Assembly (NCBI GenBank): GCA_012295275.1
Contig: CM022665.1
Span: 20,336,001 to 20,400,000 of the forward strand
Length of the DNA stretch: 64,000 bases
From: Chrysomallon squamiferum
Taxonomy: Eukaryota; Animalia; Mollusca
Reading direction: 5' to 3'
Shown here: positions 1 through 26,400 of the stretch, one piece after another
How positions within the stretch are numbered: position 1 is the stretch's first letter
Layout of the letters: each line of letters starts with the position of its first letter
Notes under the pieces: generated by a model
What the model was told of the DNA's origin: nothing
Database searches by the model: none
What the model saw: only the letters and a program-made list of their open reading frames with translations
Translations under genes and position numbers: made by a program

Positions 1-8006
<8,006 letters not shown>

Positions 8007-9461
8007 GCTTCACCGTTTTCACTCGACAAGTAAAAGTTTTACATCGTGTGTTTCATATCTTAATTACTCTGGGCTTACATGGCCAGGAAGAAAGAACCAT
8101 ACAGATTCTTTAAAAGTGAGCTGACGATTAGCTTGAATACAGAGAATGAGAAGAAGAACTCGCAATAGAAACTTTGGAATTTTTTTTTTTTTTAAATTAC
8201 AACACAATCATGGACGATAGCCAAACTGGGAATGACCGACCGCCGACTTTTTGTGACTTATTACTGGGCTGGAACAAGTCAGGTTATTCTCATGAAGGTT
8301 CCGTGTTAATGCGGTACCAAGTTATTTCAACCAATCACATCATGTTTTCACTTTCGTCACGTGACATCTCTTTTGTGTTTGGAGATAAAAAGAAACCTTT
8401 GTTCAAGCTTTCAAATTAATCTTCGGATGAAAAGAGTTTGTTATTGCGTGAAATAGCTGTACGTTATTTGTCAACACTGACATCGCTAGACCGTGCCACC
8501 TCACACCTGATCGACCTCGAGTATTGTACGATCCGTTTTTACTAACACAGGTTAATAATCCTGTGTACTTGTCAATGATGTTCACTGACTGTGTCTGTTT
8601 ATGAAGACTTTTACTAATCAAAACATGTCTCGATGTACACATACGAAAATAAAAATCTAATCTTAAACGACATTTTATTAATATTATGCAGTAGTTTTTT
8701 TCTTGAACTGCAAGATAGTATATTTATGATAAATTCTTTCAAGTAAATCTTACTGTTCAGTATTTGGTACCCTCTTAATCTGCTGAAGATATTAAATTTA
8801 ATACCACGAAGTAAATTCACCGGCAAACCAGTATCAATGTACTATGTAATCATTATTAAAACATAAGTGTACATTACAGCATGGTTGTCTTATATCACCA
8901 AATATGTTTATTATTCGTTATAGTACGATAGTTTTGATTTAATCAAATCAGAGAGTATGGTACTGTAAGATACACTATCATGTCGTATCCTGTATTAACG
9001 AATCAAATAAAGCGTCAAATCCTGTATGTTCGCATTGAATATAACAACGCATGATATTGCATTAACATGTTTTTCTTTTTTTACTTTCTTTCTTACCCTA
9101 CTATCCACTATTCCGAACTGTACTAATAGTAGAATAATGTATAATGTCGTATCATATAGAATAATTAGTAGTTGTATGATTTAGTATCGTATAGCCAGCC
9201 ATTCACAGTTTTGTAACTTCTTGCTTAATAAATAAACATTATACATTATATAGAATGTTTTAACTGTTAAATATTCTAACATATCATGTGACCATGTAAC
9301 TACAAATAAACATATAATACCGGGTTATTTGGTTTGCTTTACAAATATTACTCATGTGATTTCTTGTATTTCTCACATACTAATAATAATAAACTTCGTA
9401 TTACATAATTCTCTCTCTGTCGGTCTATCTCACTGTCTGTTTATCTACCTTTCTCAATATG

Positions 9462-9495
<34 letters not shown>

Positions 9496-9529
9496 TGTAT
9501 GTTTGTATGTATGTTTGCATGTTTGTATG

Positions 9530-10050
9530 TATGTACCTGTGTATTTCGGTCTTTATATATATATTTACGTACATAATACATCTTTTCTGAGTGCTTTGTA
9601 AAGAATCCACATTAGGTATCTAGCTTAAACATAAAACTCTTAAAAAATACTGTTCAGTATACGATTCACCCTGCAAACGTTTTCACTTCTCAGTTGTGTA
9701 TCTACACCTGATCTGTTTGTTTTGTTGTCTGACAAAGATACCCGCTGTTTGATATTCACATTGACTTTCATTTAGCTCGGTTGACTTCTAAACACTTATT
9801 TGTTACACGCCCAAATAAATATTTTTGCACTGGTAGTAACTAGGTGTTCACTAAGCTACTGTATGTCATGTACACGTATATAATTAATGTCTCTGTATGT
9901 GATTTATATCTATAGAATTTTATCTCTCCGTTTGTATTTCTGTGTTGGATTGAGTTAATTTAAACGTTTTTGTTCTTAACATGTATCAACCTATGGGTGT
10001 GTTTTCTATTTATGTTTGATTTATTAACGTCTCTTTGTGTTTTTAGTTTT
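9530..10050. repeat. dispersed repeat also present at about 24820-25100 and 34320-35165
   Basis: Shared blocks such as ttcaccctgcaaacgttttca, attaatgtctctgtatgtga and gtatttctgtgttggattgagtt. Confidence 0.8.
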
Positions 10051-10052
10051 AG

Positions 10053-10100
<48 letters not shown>

Positions 10101-10157
10101 TATGTGTGTGTGTAAATATGTATATAATTATGTATATATATATATATAAATATATAT

Positions 10158-10206
<49 letters not shown>

Positions 10207-11154
10207 TATTTGTATGTGTGTATATGTATGTGTGCGTGTGTGTGTGTTGGAGTGTGTGTTTTTTCGTTTTTTCTCCTTCGCCAAGAAAACGTTATGGATT
10301 AGATTTTAATGAAAAGTTTGCCTGCCTACCGTGGAAAGAACAATACGTCACTCATGCTAATTAAATCATATTCATGACGTCATTCTATTGTTGTGACACA
10401 CATTATTGTCACTAATGGACGACAGTCACGTCAGTTGACTTGTCACTGCTCTCAGTTGCTGAATAATCTCGCGTACTCTGACGGGATTAATACAACAGTA
10501 AGTAAAACAGAGAACGAGAATTCTAAAATATTTTACACTAAAACATTTTTGAGTATTATAATCACTTCTCCTGTAAATAAAATCTTTCTAACGTTTTCAT
10601 AAACTGAATGTCAAACGTGTTGAAATAATTAGACAATAATTTAAAACAAGATCGGAGAAAAGAACTCGCTGTTTCAGTTTTATTTATCTTAAAATTTCGT
10701 CTTGGCTAATAACAGATAATTTATAATTATAATTTAAAAAAAAAAAAAAATCGATCAATGATGCCTCGGCTATCAATGTCTGCCTAAGACGAAGGAAAAC
10801 TAGAAATCAGTGAAACATTTAAAACTCGGTGACTTTTATCAGCTCTTTGCTTCTTTCTTATCTTACTTTTATTTGTGAGACAGACTTGACAGTCTCACGG
10901 TCGTATGAACAGCGAGTGTCTATTAATCACTTTTTAATAATAATACAAAAAAATAAATAATGATTTAGCCGAGTACGTTTCCAACAACGACACAGAATTT
11001 AACACATTGTCGATTTGCTGAGTGCACTTTCAGTAGAGAGTCAAACAGCTTGAATGTGTCAGAGAGTAAAAAAACCCACCAAAATGCTTGTGTTTCATTT
11101 ATGAAATTATATATTGTTGTGTAAATCCTTCTCTCTCTGTCTGCATCGTTGTTG

Positions 11155-11259
<105 letters not shown>

Positions 11260-11298
11260 GTGTATGCGTGATTGTATATATGTACGTGTGTGTGTATA

Positions 11299-11329
<31 letters not shown>

Positions 11330-12631
11330 TATATTTATATAAAGATAAACTCAACAAAATATATTCTGCCACACTGCATGGAGGTTACCGTTGTGTAACG
11401 ACATCATTGTTACTCCAGCCTACATACTTAATGAAATTCGAGTTTTTACGTTTTCACTAAAACATTTTGTTTTGTGCTATAAAGAACAGCTAATATTTAC
11501 GTAAGGTACAGATGGACTCAGGATTGTTATAACATTTAAATAAACAAGCTTTCAGTCTAGACTATATTTCCTTCCATGAACTGATACATACATGTTCACG
11601 TCTGATATAAGAAACATGAAAAGCTACTTAAATAAAACCACTAACATGAATCGCGTTTGCATACGTTGCCAACAATTCTCGTCCTAGTTTTTGTCAGACC
11701 CTCTAAAGTTTAAAGAACGTCATACATTCCTTTCTTTGTAAAAAAACAAAACAAAACTAAACTAAATACATTTTAAAAGCCTAAACTGTTAGCTGTATAA
11801 ATGTATATAGGCTATCGCATTTACATCATCATTATTTATTTCAATATCATCACAGCAATCGTATTTTTATCATTATTTTCGAGTTATACTTTTTAAAATT
11901 AAAATTCTTTTCTTTTCTTTTCTTTTCTTTTCTAATTTTTGCAAAAAATTATTTCTTTATCTATATCGTCATCACTATCAATATAATCAGGACCACATCC
12001 ATCATCACAATAATCATTATAATAATCATTACCATCATAAACATCATCTTCATAATAATTATCATCATTATCATAATAATCGTCATATTTAAATGTGTCT
12101 GAAATAACACTGAAACAAAATCTTTGCCAGGTTTAGTTAATTTTACTTTCATAAAAAGAAATTATTTCATTTATACGAGTTGAATCTATTTAAATAGTAA
12201 ACAAATATTTTTATTATAATTTTGTTATAGGAAAATTATTTTAAACTTTATTAAATATATGTTTCTTATATTTTGTTTTAAAAAATAATAATAATAAAAA
12301 TAAATTAAAAAAACAACAAAAACCAACAACAGACCTTTTCTTCTACTTATGAATCATCGTCTGAACATTTAGAATGATCGAAATTATAGCAATAAGAAGA
12401 AAAAAAAATATATATATATATATATATGTCTAGCAGTTTAAAAAGTCCAAATCATGTTCTCTAGTCTGAATCACAATATATCACACGATAGTTTGAATTA
12501 AGTTGCAAAACCTAACGCTAGATGATAGATATACACATACGCAAGCATATTGAATTAATAAGATAATTATATTACCTAATATTAAAAAAGAAATACACGA
12601 GTATATTTATACCACACACATACATACATAC

Positions 12632-12733
<102 letters not shown>

Positions 12734-13085
12734 TGCTGCTTGTATTTTTAAAAAGAATAGTTCATACTATGTGAGTTTGACGTCACACAATTTATAGCTA
12801 CCAAGGAACTGATGAAAATTATAACCTTTTAAACTGATTCCACGTCATAAAACAAAACGACATCACCATAACTAATGACAACATAATTCACTGATGTTAC
12901 AAATATTTACTACAAAAGAACGAACTGAATTTGAAATATTAAAAATTTACATGGACATTAAAAATTATTACCAAATATTAAAAGTATTTTTTAGAAACAT
13001 GTTGATTAATTAAAAATAATAATAAAAATAGAAAGACCGATAATAAATAGAATTTACAAAAAAAGAAGAGAAAGACAGAAACTGT

Positions 13086-13782
13086 TTAACTTAAACGACT
13101 GAACTCTCTCAGTAACGGTCTCGCTCCTAATCGAAGTTTCTCAGGCGATCTTCTGCTCCATTTGGCTGTTTCACATGTCTGTCAAATAAACATATACGTC
13201 TTCATCATCATTATTATTGCAAGAACATAGCTCCTAGCTTTAATTCAAAAGTAAATACATATAAGCACACAAATAAATGCACATATTCATACACAAATAC
13301 ATTCAGACATACAGAAACACACAAACATAGACACGCACGCAGACCCACACACACGTACACACTTACGCCAATACACACAAACCCTCTCTATCTCATACAC
13401 ACACACACAAACACTCCTTGCATACACACAGAACATACACACTTACAAACACATACCTCGCATATGCACACAAACACTGTAGCGTACATCCCACACCCTC
13501 ACACATGTACGTAGAGTCAGTACAACACTATCTTACCCTGGTAAACACATGAGGTTCCCATCGAAACGACGGCGCCTGAGTCCGCGCCAACGTCACGTTG
13601 CCTTTCTGCTGGTCTTCCACGAACTGTATGATTGACATCATCGTCTCTATTTCGTGCTTTTTCTGCCGCACCTCCTTTTTCTGTGCGTGTATGCACGCAG
13701 GAATGTGTGCCTTCATTCCTTTCACGTACGTGTAGGTTTTTGTACAATATGGATGACCCGGACATTTCCACCTGACTGGCAT
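13086..13782 (-). CDS. putative 112-aa basic protein with an N-terminal C2HC zinc-finger-like motif; exons 13782-13537 and 13178-13086
   Basis: AAAATG start; GC-richer than flanks; C-x5-C-x12-H-x3-C (CPGHPYCTKTYTYVKGMKAHIPAC); AGG|GTAAGA donor; TTTGACAG acceptor followed by a phase-0 open frame of 30 codons to TAA. Confidence 0.55.
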
Positions 13783-14232
13783 TTTAATTTATTTTTCTGT
13801 TGTCCAATATTCTGTGTGTGTGTGTTTATCTAACCACTGACTGTAACATTAACATTAACATTAACATTAACATTAACATTAACATTGACATTAACATTAA
13901 CACTGACATTATCAATAATAATAATATTAAGAAGAATAATAAGAAGAAGAAAAACAACAACAATAACAACAACAACCAGAACAAAATCTGCGAACTTCAG
14001 ACATCTACTGTTATGATTAAAAACATGATTTTAACTTTAACAAAGAGGAGATCGGATACATTACATGCAGGGGAGATGTGATATGAGATGTTGTATCTTC
14101 TCAGTGCAGCTTTATTATAGTAATCTGCGGAAAAAGCCACGACAAACTGAGTTTTAAAATACAGCAAGAAAACAAATTAACAAAAAACAAAACAAAAACA
14201 AACAAACAAGAAATCAAAACACAACAACAAAC

Positions 14233-15508
<1,276 letters not shown>

Positions 15509-16854
15509 ATATCCTTACCTTTTTTTAAATTTCAAGCGTTGGGTTTTGAAGACGATTTCCGAAAAATATAAAACTCCATTCAAAACTAAACTAGACCTGA
15601 TCAGGACAACTTACTTCTCGAAAACTGGTAACCTGCGAAAACAGTTACAGAGAGATTAAAACAAGAACGCATTAGAAAATGGGCGAGTGGTCTCGTTGTT
15701 AGATAAAAGTAAGTAAAGTTATTCATGACACAAGTTATTTGAGAGCAGCTTAACACGGGTCAAGTCAGAATAAATACCATAATTAATTGCTTCACTGAAC
15801 TCATATTTTTAATTACAGCTTATATTAAAATGTATTATTATTATCGTTACATATTTATTTATATATTTATTTACTTACGTACTTATATATATATGTACAT
15901 ACATATATATATATATATACAGACATTACTACATACGTACACTAGTACACACGAAGTTATATAGAAACACACTCACCATAAAGACTACTCACAAATGCAA
16001 CACACACTCACATAAGCATTCATGTAGATACAAACATTAACTAAATAACATACACGAATATCAATTATAAGTATCCACTCGACATTTTTAAACATTTCAA
16101 ATTAAAATCTGGAGACGTAATTATTTTTATAAGTGGTTCTCAGAAGTAGCTACAGCAATTTCAGTATAAGTATATTTTTATTATTATTATTGTTGTTATT
16201 ATTTTTATTATTATTATTATTATTATTGCTGTTGTTGTTGTTGTTATTGTTTTCATTATTAAATATTTCGTTTGACACTGACAAGTTACATTCATTAAAG
16301 GGAAATAACTGAGTACGTTTTGAATGTTAACAGAGTTATCTCTCGTAGGTTTCCTAATGGAAAGAAAAAGATATCTCGATATGTAGATATCGCTATAATG
16401 ACGATATCAAGTTAGAATGGGAAATAGAGGTGTTTCATAAGCGAGATTGATAATCTGACCTTCACGTCCTAATTAGAAAGTATGTTATTTTAATATACAG
16501 CAACAAATAAAGTTGTTAAAGGTAAAACTATTTGATTATACTACACTGAACTTATTACAAGCTAAATATTTATAACCAATATACAATAACCAATAAAGTT
16601 GTTATATGCTAAATGTATATGTGTAGCTTCACAAATAGCACGAGAATGTTTATGTTCACATTTAAGAACAGCTGAAACTATAAATTAAGTTCTTTGCCAG
16701 TAATCAGGCCATAAAGTGGCGAAAGTTTGATTCTTTTGCTAACGAGAAGAAGAAAGGAAAAAAGAAATTTCTATTATTACTACTACTACTAACAATAATA
16801 ATAACAAAAATAATAGTAATAATAAATAAAACAATATAAACTATAAATAAATAG

Positions 16855-17405
16855 ATACATAATAAAAAATAAAAAAATAAAAAATAAAACAGAATAAATC
16901 AATAAATAATAAACTTTTCAGTATACCATATATAGAAGCAGATTACCTTTTGAGAAACCATGTCTAAATTATTTCAAATCTCCATAACAAAATATTCGTT
17001 TGAAAAAAAGAAAATCTTAACAACGTGACAATTCAAATTCAAAAACATTTTGAAATATGAGTCGCTCCTCAACTTCACATACATATATATAATTACACAA
17101 ACAAAACAATTTACTCAAGCTGATCTCAACCTGTTACATTCTTCAATTCATAGTGTAAATAAAGTTATGTAGAGAAAAACAGACTGCTATATTCAGCTTT
17201 TCTTAGCCTTAGTTACATCTAAATTCAGTCACGTCCATTACTGGACCTATTGGTGGAAGCTCGTCTTTGTAAGTGTTGAGCAATGTCAAGGCCAGAGACA
17301 ACGCCTTGGAGCTGTCGTTGGTCAGTAAAACATTGCGAACACTTCGTGTCCACGTGTTGTGAAAAGAAGAAAGTTTCTTGTTCTCGTTGTCAGTCAACAC
17401 GTGTG
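16855..17405 (-). pseudogene. 3' fragment 1 of the pyruvyltransferase exon (last ~64 codons, 17209-17405) plus downstream flank
   Basis: HVLTDNENKKLSSFHNTWTRSVRNVLLTND...PIGPVMDVTEF is nearly identical to the full copies; similarity stops abruptly at about 17405. Confidence 0.9.
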
Positions 17406-17409
17406 ACAA

Positions 17410-17622
17410 TCTGGTGCTGTATCTGTGTTTTGTATCTGGCTGGTGTTCTATCTGTGTTTTGTATCTGGCTGGTGTTCTATCTGTGTTTTGTATCTGGCTG
17501 GTGTTGTATCTGTGTTTTGTATCTGGCTGGTGTTCTATCTGTGTTTTGTATCTGGCTGGTGTTCTATCTGTGTTTTGTATCTGGCTGGTGCTGTATCTGT
17601 GTTTTGTATCTGGCTGGTGTTG
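17410..17622. repeat. 29-bp tandem minisatellite, about 7 copies
   Basis: Unit tatctgtgttttgtatctggctggtgttc. Confidence 0.95.
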
Positions 17623-18309
17623 TAGCTGCGTGTTTCTTTTTCTGGAGTGATGTCCCGTGTATTAGGAATTGAACGTTTGTTTTTCCTCTGCATTTTCAAT
17701 TGTGTCTGTGTGTTTTCATTTTTTTTCAGTGTGTTTGGTGTCGTGTCCCTGTGTCTGTAGTTGTGTCTAAGTTCTGCGTTTGTATCGGTATTGTCTTTGT
17801 GTGTCTGTTTTTTCAGTTGTGTCTGTGTATCTGTGTGTCCACCATTCCAACAATTTCAATGTTTTACAAAGTCAATCACAATGCAGGTGTTTTTTTTTTT
17901 TTTTTAAATATTTGAAACTGTTTATTTTCTAGTTATGTGTCTATTTTTAATATTTACTTGAAAAACACAGACTAAGTAGATAGATTTGAGTCTATGGTAT
18001 TTATTAAGTACAAAGAAACGTAGTCACTGGCTTACAGAGATTAACGTCTTCATATAGGTCAGTGTAGTTGCAAAACAGACGTTGATTTGCCCGAAACTTT
18101 CTACAGATAAACAAAAAACAAATAATAACAATTTCGTTTCGCTTTGCCTAAATTTATTAGTATTTTGTCCATGAATAACTTTAGACTTACATGAAATCTA
18201 AATTACTGATTCGTTCATTATTCATTTTACTTTTGATTTGATTTGACTTGTTATATTACGTTATTCTAGGCTATGTTGGGCTATCCTACGTTATGATACG
18301 TTACCTTAG

Positions 18310-18888
18310 ATACATAATAAAAAATAAATAAATAAAATAAAATAAAATAAAACAGAATAAATCAATAAATAATAAACTTTTCAGTATACCATATATAGAA
18401 GTAGATAACGTTTTGAGAAACCATGTCTAAATTATTTCAAATCTCCATAACAAAATATTCGTTAGAAAAAAAGAAAATCTTAACAACGTGACAATTCAAA
18501 TTCAAAAACATTTTGAAATATGAGTCGCTCCTCAACTTCACATACATTTATATAATTACACAAACAAAACAATTTACTCAAGCTGCTCTCAACCTGTTAC
18601 ATTCTTCAGTTCATAGTGTAAATAAAGTTATGTAGAGAAAAACAGACTGCTATATTCAGCTTTTCTTAGCCTTAGTTACATCTAAATTCAGTCACGTCCA
18701 TTACTGGACCTATTGGTGGAAGCTCGTTTTTTTAAGTGTTGAGCAATGTCAAGGCCAGAGACAACGCCTTGGAGCTGTCGTTGGTCAGTAAACATTGCGA
18801 ACACTTCTTGTCCACGTGTTGTGAAAAGAAGAAAGTTTCTTGTTCTCGTTGTCAGTCAACACGTGTGACAATCTGGTGCTGTATCTGT
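18310..18888 (-). pseudogene. 3' fragment 2 of the pyruvyltransferase exon (duplicate of 16855-17426, frameshifted)
   Basis: Near-identical to fragment 1 including the breakpoint acgtgtgacaatctggtgctgtatctgt; 1-nt deletion at about 18790. Confidence 0.9.
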
Positions 18889-19325
18889 AAAAAATAATAA
18901 CAATTTCATTTCGGTTTCCCTAAATTGTTTAGTTTTTTATCCAGGCATACACTTTAGACTTTCATGAAATCTTAATTACCGATTCGTTCATTATTCATTT
19001 TACTTTTGATTTGATTTGACTTGTTATATTACGTTATTCTAGGTTATGCTGTACTCTACTATGTTATGATACGTTACATTCGTTACATTACATTATCTTA
19101 TTACTTTATTTTGATGTACTGTACTGCAGTTTTGTTTTCGATTATTATTACTATCATTACTATTATTATTATTATTATTATTAGTTTCCATTATACAAAT
19201 ATTCAGATGTAAGCTGTTACAGGTTTGCATTCAGATACTCTGTATTAATGTTATGAAATGATGACGTTTAAAACAATATAATGTCAGGTCAGTTTCTTAA
19301 AATCAAAGATATTGAAAGTTGAAAA

Positions 19326-19482
19326 CACGCATGTGCAACCTTTTACGAAAAGCGGGCCACATGAGACATGGCCCCTCCTCATGCGGGCCGCAGGTACTAA
19401 TTTAGGCGATTAAAGTTATTTTCCTTGTGAAATTAGGCGGGCCACTCAGAAAGACGCGAGGATTGCAGTTTGTCCATGACTG
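19326..19482. mobile_element. hAT (Charlie-like) MITE, 157 bp
   Basis: Imperfect TIRs CACGCATGTGCAACCT / CAGTCATGGACAAACT; internal GCGGGCC repeats; near-identical 8-bp TSD gttgaaaa/gtttaaaa; empty site in the paralogous flank at about 63240-63250. Confidence 0.8.
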
Positions 19483-20398
19483 GTTTAAAACAACAGAACT
19501 GTTTTTATACGTAATGCAGACATCCTCAAATCTTGTGTCTCGATTTCTCATTTCGATATAAATATTAAGAAATTTCTCCGATTGTCGTAAATGCAAGAAG
19601 AAGAAAACAGGAAAAGAAGAAAAGAAAACTATCACTTTTACTAATTTTCTTAACAACGACAACAACAGCAGCATCTGAATGTAAATACAAATTAGTAATT
19701 TATTACAACTTAAAACCACACACCAGTATAATCTACTTTTCGTATCTTTCAGTGTCACTTCTAGATAAATTATATTTGCAAAAAATAAGGAATATCTATA
19801 CATAATGCTTTCAAAATTATGAAAGTTAAAAGCAATTAAAAATATACGATTCGTGAGATAAATCATTTTAATATATGAGTCGTCAGAAAAGCAGTGTTAG
19901 ATATAGGATTCTGGGAAAAACGATTTTTATTAAGCTTGATAAAATTTTAAATGTTTTGAGAATCATTTAATTATATTTAAAGACCATTTTCAAATAAATA
20001 TTTTCACTATAAACATTCATTGAAAAAAAAAAAAAAAAAATAATAATCCCAGAAAAACTTCACATCAAAATACATTCGTAATTCAAAACGCATCAGCATT
20101 TTAGTTCGAAGGTTCAGCTGTGACACTTTTTATGAAAAAAAAACATGCGAGGATAAACTCTTTTAAGTCTTTCATACATGAACAATGCTTTTCGATTATC
20201 TGATTGGTACATCTACCAAAATAATATTTTAAATTAAATGAAGAAACTATATTTAAAATTTCAAATAAAGTTGCAAAATGTTCACATTAAAAATAATAAT
20301 AACAAAATAAAAAAGTTATGTCATCATAATGTTTCATTGCAAATAATGTAGAAAGTTATATCATCTGTTCAAATCTGTAGAAAAACAGATTGGAATTT

Positions 20399-23018
<2,620 letters not shown>

Positions 23019-23416
23019 TTCAAGTAATGATATAAACTTTTATCACTCAGTTTCCTAATTTTTACATATCTGCTCGAAATTATTATTATTGTTGTTGTTG
23101 TTGTTGTTGTTGTTGTTATTGTTATTATTGTTGTTGAACTTGTTTTTTTTCTTGTTTTTTTTAAATATTGAGAACTGGTCGCTTTGTTCCTCACTCAAAG
23201 TCACAAATTGAGTTATAAAACAATATACAAATACAAAATACCTTGGTAATAAAACAATCATAAAAACGAATTTTCTTAAAAACCCACGCAGACATAAACA
23301 CATAGTATTTTAATAAATAAATAAAAACATTATGTCAGTTTTACCTGACTGTAAAGTTAGAATGGGAAATTCAGGTGTGGTATAAATCATTAGTGTCATC
23401 ATTCCTCTACGCCACA

Positions 23417-26400
23417 GCCACTCGGTAAATTCCTATATGTGTATGAATTGTATACTTACAAGCTATTAATTATACTTTTAACATTTCATATTGTACTGGA
23501 TTCATCTGAAAGGATATTTATAGGACACACACACGTATGTATATAGGAATTACACTGTAGGATAGACGGGGCAGTGCTACTAATTATATACTTAATTAAA
23601 GAATATCTCTAGGAGAACTACTTCTGCTAGTAAGATACTTTTAGGAGTACTACTTACATGATACTGATAGCATATATATATATATATACTATTTATTGGA
23701 GTAATCTGTATAGCATTACAAGCGCAGATGCACACATAATTATATGGAAGAATATATCGATATATCTGTGTGTATGTTTGTATGTAGGTATTATCTATGT
23801 ATGTATGTATGTATGTATGTGTGTAGGTATATATGTATGTATGTATGTATGCATGTATGTATCTGCAACCTGTAATTAACACAATCGTCACGTGACCAAA
23901 TTAGAACCCTGCAACGGGCGTAACGCTCATCCTCCAAAGAAGCCCCACCTATTCATACAGACCTCCCTGTATCAGGTAGATAGCTACCCGATTTGCCTCG
24001 GCTCTAAGGTATTCAGGGAACAAGCTCATATATGAACGTATATTCAGCCAGCGCTAAATACACTAGAAACACAACAACACAAGTTTAGATTTGAAGAATA
24101 TATGTATTATGTGATGTAATGAAACTTATTTACCGAGTAAGCTTACGATGCTTACACGACCGTTTACACACAGTCTCCCGCCACCTTTCATAGCTCACCA
24201 GATAAGTAAACAATTAGTGATATTATATTAGTTTATCCCTCAGGGACAAATGACACACCTCAATATGTATTTGAATATGCAAAGTATTCTCAATATATGA
24301 GATCAAAATAACGTGCTGCTTAGCAGGATGTTGACGTGACAATCCGTTAGTAATAACACAACTGTGTTATTGGTGCTTACAATTACTGATGGTCAGTGTT
24401 TAACTCAGATTCCCAGCTATTCTCACCCACTGTTTTTAGAGATAATAACCTGCAGTTTACTTTCAACGGTCTCATCTCAGATTACCAACTATCCTCCAAA
24501 CATATGGTTATAATACTTCAATACATACATACATATAAATATAGTTAAATATATATTTGTAAGAAAGCCACAACAACTATCTTTCAGTTACTTAAACAGA
24601 ACCGTAAACATGTATAGTTACCTAAATCAGCTGGAACAATACAACTGTCCAGCTGACAGTTAGCCAAACAAAACTTTTTCTAGTATAGTGATAAACTTTT
24701 GATATAAAAATTTAAACACTTACACAAGATAAATTACACATCCACATTGTTAGCACTGAACGATTATATGTCTGTATGAGAGAAGTTCAAGAAAATACGT
24801 CACTAATATATATATACACTTTACCATTCACCCTGCAGTCGTTTTGATTTGTCAGTTCTGTATCTACATCTGACCTGTTTTTTGTTCACTAAGCTACTGT
24901 ATCTCATGTACACGTATTCAATTAATGTCTCTGTATGTGATGTATATCTACTGAAATTTCATCTCTCTCTTTGTATTTCTGTGTTGGATTGAGTTTATTT
25001 AAACGTTTTTGCTGTTAACATGTATCAACGTATGTGTGTGTTTTCTAAGTGTATTTATGTTTGTTTATTAACGTCTCTTTGTGTTTTTAATTTTAGTTAT
25101 ATATATATATATATACACATACACATACACACATACATATATATAGATATATACACAAACATACATAACACACACACACAAACATACACATATTTATTCA
25201 CACACTGTCGAAAAGAAAATGCAGAGACCAAATATCCATGGAATCGTCTCTTTGATACAAAGTGGCATAATTTCGTTATTTACGATCGTATCACAGTAAA
25301 ACTGGCCATGGGTATGAGACAATGTTCTTAGAAGTGGAGACGTTTTCGTCACCAAACAGCATCAATACCTTATGTGACCATCAGCAGCATCAACCACAGC
25401 ACGACTTCTCCTTGGCATGTGTAAATGAATCAGAGTTCGTGGTCCCTGCTTGTGACACTTGAATCAATGACTGTAACAGAAAGTAAAAAAATCAATTAAT
25501 AATCCACGTCAAACTGCGAGAAAGTTAGGATCAGTAGCAATAGCAATAAATAAAATAACTGTAATCGTTCAGTGCTAACAATGTGGATGTGTAATTTATC
25601 TTGTGTAAGTGTTTAAATTTTTATATCAAAAGTTTATGGCTATACTGGTAAAACGTTATTTAATTTTGGAGACGGTAATAATTTTGTTAGGTGTTGTTTA
25701 AACTTCGTGAGTCATAAATAATGTTCGAAGGTAGTTAGTATAGCAAACCAGATAAGTGAAAAGTAATTTAATAATTTCAAGAAAAAAAGATAAATATTTA
25801 GTTTAGGTTGAGACATCGAAGACTAAAACGAAAACTAATTTTGTGACATCGGTATTGTCGTGTTTGTTATGTGTAATGCGAATTTCAGTCTGGAAATATT
25901 TCGATTTGAAATCTGGTTTAACTGTCTAATTCTTCTTTTTATACATTATCTCCCATCTTTACAAACATTTTGTGAAAATTGGCTTTTGTATAAGAACATG
26001 TACACTAATTGTGAGGTAAAGGAATGACTAATTATTTGTAACACACCTGTATTTCTATTGTAATTTGATAATGGTTTTTAAACCGACAGGTACATACTGA
26101 CATAATGTTTGCATTAAGTTATCGAAGTTATGACATATAACTCTCTCTGGATTCAAACGTTTCACATTTATTTTCCTTGAGCAAATGTGTGTGCGTTTAT
26201 GTGTGTGTGTGTGTGTGTGTGTGGGTGTGTGTGTGTGTGTGACTGTGTGTGTGTAGCATTCATATGTATTTGAAAGTGTGTGTGTGTGTTGTGTTTGTAT
26301 TGTGTGTTTCTTCAGTCAGTATGTGTGTGCATTGTATTGTATCAATAAATAAGGAAATAAGAAAGGATATAATTTTTGATAAAAGCGGAATGTAAAAATA

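Noticed and set aside
17283-17672. Cys/Trp-rich repeat protein ORFs
   Set aside because: All three frames are open only because the 29-bp repeat lacks stop codons.
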